From Candidatus Thalassarchaeaceae archaeon (lineage in GTDB: Archaea; Thermoplasmatota; Poseidoniia; Poseidoniales; Thalassarchaeaceae): 15,317 nt of DNA. The stretch is from NCBI GenBank assembly GCA_030747675.1, contig JASLKH010000083.1, forward strand, positions 1 to 15,317, read 5' to 3'. The notes under the pieces were generated by a model. It saw only the letters and a list, made by a program, of their open reading frames with translations. It made no database searches and had not been told where the DNA came from. Made by a program: the position numbers and the translations under genes. Position 1 is the stretch's first letter; each line of letters starts with the position of its first letter. Shown here one piece after another: positions 12,729 to 15,317 of the stretch.

Positions 12729-15317
12729 ATGATGAATATGAGCCGTCGGTCGGCGAGTACCATGATTATGATCAGCGTGTTGTTACTAGCGCCTCTCACA
12801 CTGACTACTGGTGAACAAGCCGCCAATGGATTAGAAATGATTATTGAAATTGAGGAGCCTGCAAATAATTTGTATCATTCCTCAAACTCGCCTCTTGAAT
12901 TGACCGTTAAAATTCAGAACCATGGGGATGTAGTTAGAGAAATGGAGTACAATCCAGCCTGCCCATTTGATTTAATTATATCAAATAACGAATGGGAATG
13001 GAACTTAGATGATACTAGAATTTGTCCAGAACAAAGACGGGCTTTTGCCATTCAACCTGGCCAAACTCGTGTTTTGGACACATGGGGATGGGATTGGGAT
13101 GATGTCCCAAGTGGAGTCATGACACTCGAGTTTGAACAGCCCCAGTCCCAACTCGTCGCAATTACAAATCTGAATTATCACAAAGCCATGGATATGCCCG
13201 AAAACCTTCAACTCAATTCTATACTAGGCGAAACTATTGGTACTCAAATTGGGCATACAAACGAAATGCCAGCAATGATCAAAATCAGCCTTTCCAATAA
13301 AGGTACATTACCACTTGAAATCCCATTTGATTCAAATTGTGCTATTGAAATGAATATTGATGAAACTTACAAGAGAATTACTGATATCAGTTGTGGTACT
13401 GGAATTTTACAACCAGGGAATGATATTGAATTGGGTTGGGTTGACTGGGATTTTGATGGTTCTAGCGAAGGTCTACATTCTATTGAATTTGGAATGACTG
13501 GAATCAGAAACGCAGCTTCCACCATAAATACGCAACTAACATACAATCCTGGAAAGCTTTCAACAAATAGTTTAATTCCAACAGTTACTGCTGATATCTC
13601 AAATTCTATGACTTGGTATTTCTCATTAGAGAATACTGATGATATAAGGTCCAAATTACATGTTGAGACGTCTTGTACAACACAAATGCACGTAATATCG
13701 CCGAAAGGAGAGATTATTTACAATACACGTGAAATTCTTGATTGTACATCTTCTGGAATAGAATTCACAATCCCCCCTCGAGACTCATACGTCCTGTCTG
13801 CGGGAACGTGGGATTTACTCGATCAATTTGGTTGTGAATTAGAAAATGGACTACACCTTCTGGTGGTTTCTCAACCTGAGTATGGATTAGTGGCGAATTA
13901 TCCATTTAATTATTCTGGAAATGAAACCGGTGCGTTGTGTAAAACTGCCAATCAAGACATGTCTGATGTTTATTTTTCTGTTAATGATCTGCAAGTTATA
14001 AACCCGGATACTTCTAATGAGCACTTAACATTCGACATCAATTTGCAAAACCTTGGTGAAGATGAATTTGAAATATATTGGCCTACAACATGTGCTTTGG
14101 AAATAACCTTGTCACTTGTTGCTGAAGATACACAAGAAATTAGACGCGTTTGGAATGAAGGATGTTCTGATGTATTAGTTGGTCAGACTATGCTATTGGA
14201 TGATTCTAGCTCACATCAATGGGGTGGGATTGATGTCCCATTTACTGAAAATGATGAACCTCTAGAGGATGGAAATTGGGTTATAACTATCAAAACCAAT
14301 TCAATACCCGAATTAAGCACTGTTGCTGCACACAAATATGATGGATTCCATAATAGTGATGTCACAATTGCACCTGATCAAGAAATTGTTGAGGTCATAG
14401 ATGATAATACTGAAGTGGATTTGTTATCTCCTGTTATCACAATTGTAGGTAATTGGCACTATGTCACAACATCAAACCAAGGGTGTTGGCTAATTACTGA
14501 CAACCTTGGCAAAGAATGGGTTCTAATTTCAAATGTACATGATGGAGGGTGGAGCCCTCATCCTGGAATGAGCGGAACTTACCAAATTGAACAAGTGGAT
14601 TCCCTTGGCGATTGTTCAACATGGGATGGCGTGGTCATACTCAACACAATCACCGAACAATCAATACAAATTAGTCCTGAAATATTATCGCCATCACCTT
14701 CTAATTCTGTCGAAACTCCTTCTGAATTAATTGTTGAAAATGCACCTACAGCGGCAGCTGTTGTTGCTACAACTTCACTTTCAATCATGATTTTATTATA
14801 TATCGGAAATACTGAATGGATTCGAATTCCTGCATTACAAATTGGCATGGGGATGATGGGGATGATAAAACGTTCAAGAGAACATGATGGCGATTATCAA
14901 CGTGGGAGAATAATGGGTTATCTTGCTGCTAATCCTGGTGTGCATTTCCGTGCATTACTTGGGGCCCTAGGCATGAGCAATGGACAATTAACTCATCACC
15001 TCAAAAACTTGCAAAATAACGAGCAAATATGGAGGCGTAAGGATGGACGATTAGTTCGATTCTACCCCGCCAGTATTCAACAAACTCTACAAGAAGAAGA
15101 ACTACCTGTTCCTCTCCTCACGCCTGATTCAAATAGTCTTCAAGGGAAAATTCTAAGATTACTTGATGCAACCGAAAATGATATTGTGAATCTATCACAA
15201 AAAGAATTGGCTGTACGATTGGAGGCGAGTCAACAATTGATTAGTCATCACCTACGAACTCTGCAAAAATTTGGACTCATCGAACGTGAGAAAATTGGGA
15301 TGCGATATCGCTATCAG
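12729..15317 (+). CDS. Membrane-tethered tandem winged-HTH regulator with large extracellular repeat domain (3'-partial, at least 863 aa)
   Basis: Manual translation gives 863 codons with no stop from ATG 12729 to the window end (MMNMSRRSASTMIMISVLLLAPL ... HHLRTLQKFGLIEREKIGMRYRYQ). G-rich RBS GGGGGAGGGG. Signal peptide; four Cys-paired repeats; TM at about 14751-14807; wHTH1 (RGRIMGYLAANPGVHFRAL...NGQLTHHL...DGRLVRFYP) and wHTH2 (LSQKELAVRLEASQQLISHHLRTL). Absent from the ORF track. Confidence 0.9.
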   Translation, partial: MMNMSRRSASTMIMISVLLLAPLTLTTGEQAANGLEMIIEIEEPANNLYHSSNSPLELTVKIQNHGDVVREMEYNPACPFDLIISNNEWEWNLDDTRICPEQRRAFAIQPGQTRVLDTWGWDWDDVPSGVMTLEFEQPQSQLVAITNLNYHKAMDMPENLQLNSILGETIGTQIGHTNEMPAMIKISLSNKGTLPLEIPFDSNCAIEMNIDETYKRITDISCGTGILQPGNDIELGWVDWDFDGSSEGLHSIEFGMTGIRNAASTINTQLTYNPGKLSTNSLIPTVTADISNSMTWYFSLENTDDIRSKLHVETSCTTQMHVISPKGEIIYNTREILDCTSSGIEFTIPPRDSYVLSAGTWDLLDQFGCELENGLHLLVVSQPEYGLVANYPFNYSGNETGALCKTANQDMSDVYFSVNDLQVINPDTSNEHLTFDINLQNLGEDEFEIYWPTTCALEITLSLVAEDTQEIRRVWNEGCSDVLVGQTMLLDDSSSHQWGGIDVPFTENDEPLEDGNWVITIKTNSIPELSTVAAHKYDGFHNSDVTIAPDQEIVEVIDDNTEVDLLSPVITIVGNWHYVTTSNQGCWLITDNLGKEWVLISNVHDGGWSPHPGMSGTYQIEQVDSLGDCSTWDGVVILNTITEQSIQISPEILSPSPSNSVETPSELIVENAPTAAAVVATTSLSIMILLYIGNTEWIRIPALQIGMGMMGMIKRSREHDGDYQRGRIMGYLAANPGVHFRALLGALGMSNGQLTHHLKNLQNNEQIWRRKDGRLVRFYPASIQQTLQEEELPVPLLTPDSNSLQGKILRLLDATENDIVNLSQKELAVRLEASQQLISHHLRTLQKFGLIEREKIGMRYRYQ

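Noticed and set aside
12729-12812. Twin-arginine (Tat) signal in MSRRSAST
   Set aside because: It lacks the hydrophobic F-L positions of the S-R-R-x-F-L-K consensus; a Sec signal is more parsimonious.
12635-14848. Minus-strand ORFs 12635-12826, 13005-13211, 13367-13654 and 14579-14848
   Set aside because: They are antisense shadows of the long plus-strand ORF starting at 12729.

Overview
Gene-dense, moderately AT-rich prokaryotic chromosomal window. It is most consistent with a Marine Group II euryarchaeon (Ca. Poseidoniales, Thermoplasmatota); this is inferred from gene-family style (large Asp-rich TSP3-repeat membrane proteins, Thermoplasmata-type wHTH proteins, a pilin-like C-terminus), not from a marker gene. 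Left to right: 3' end of a probable highly expressed pilin-like gene with a strong hairpin/T-tract terminator; a surface-glycan cluster (GT2, two GT4, Wzx-like flippase); an rpe-bolA-grxD operon divergent from trxA; a wHTH-STAND ATPase lacking a C-terminal sensor; a 1182-aa membrane-anchored WD40 + TSP3-repeat protein; an MBL-fold hydrolase; and an ORF of at least 863 aa that the ORF track omits because it runs off the window end. That last ORF encodes a signal peptide, four Cys-paired Ig/BsuPI-like repeats, one TM helix and a cytoplasmic tandem winged-helix module, i.e. a candidate membrane-tethered one-component regulator with palindromes in its upstream region. No rRNA, tRNA, CRISPR array or mobile element was recognised. 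All family calls come from motif reading; no database search was run.
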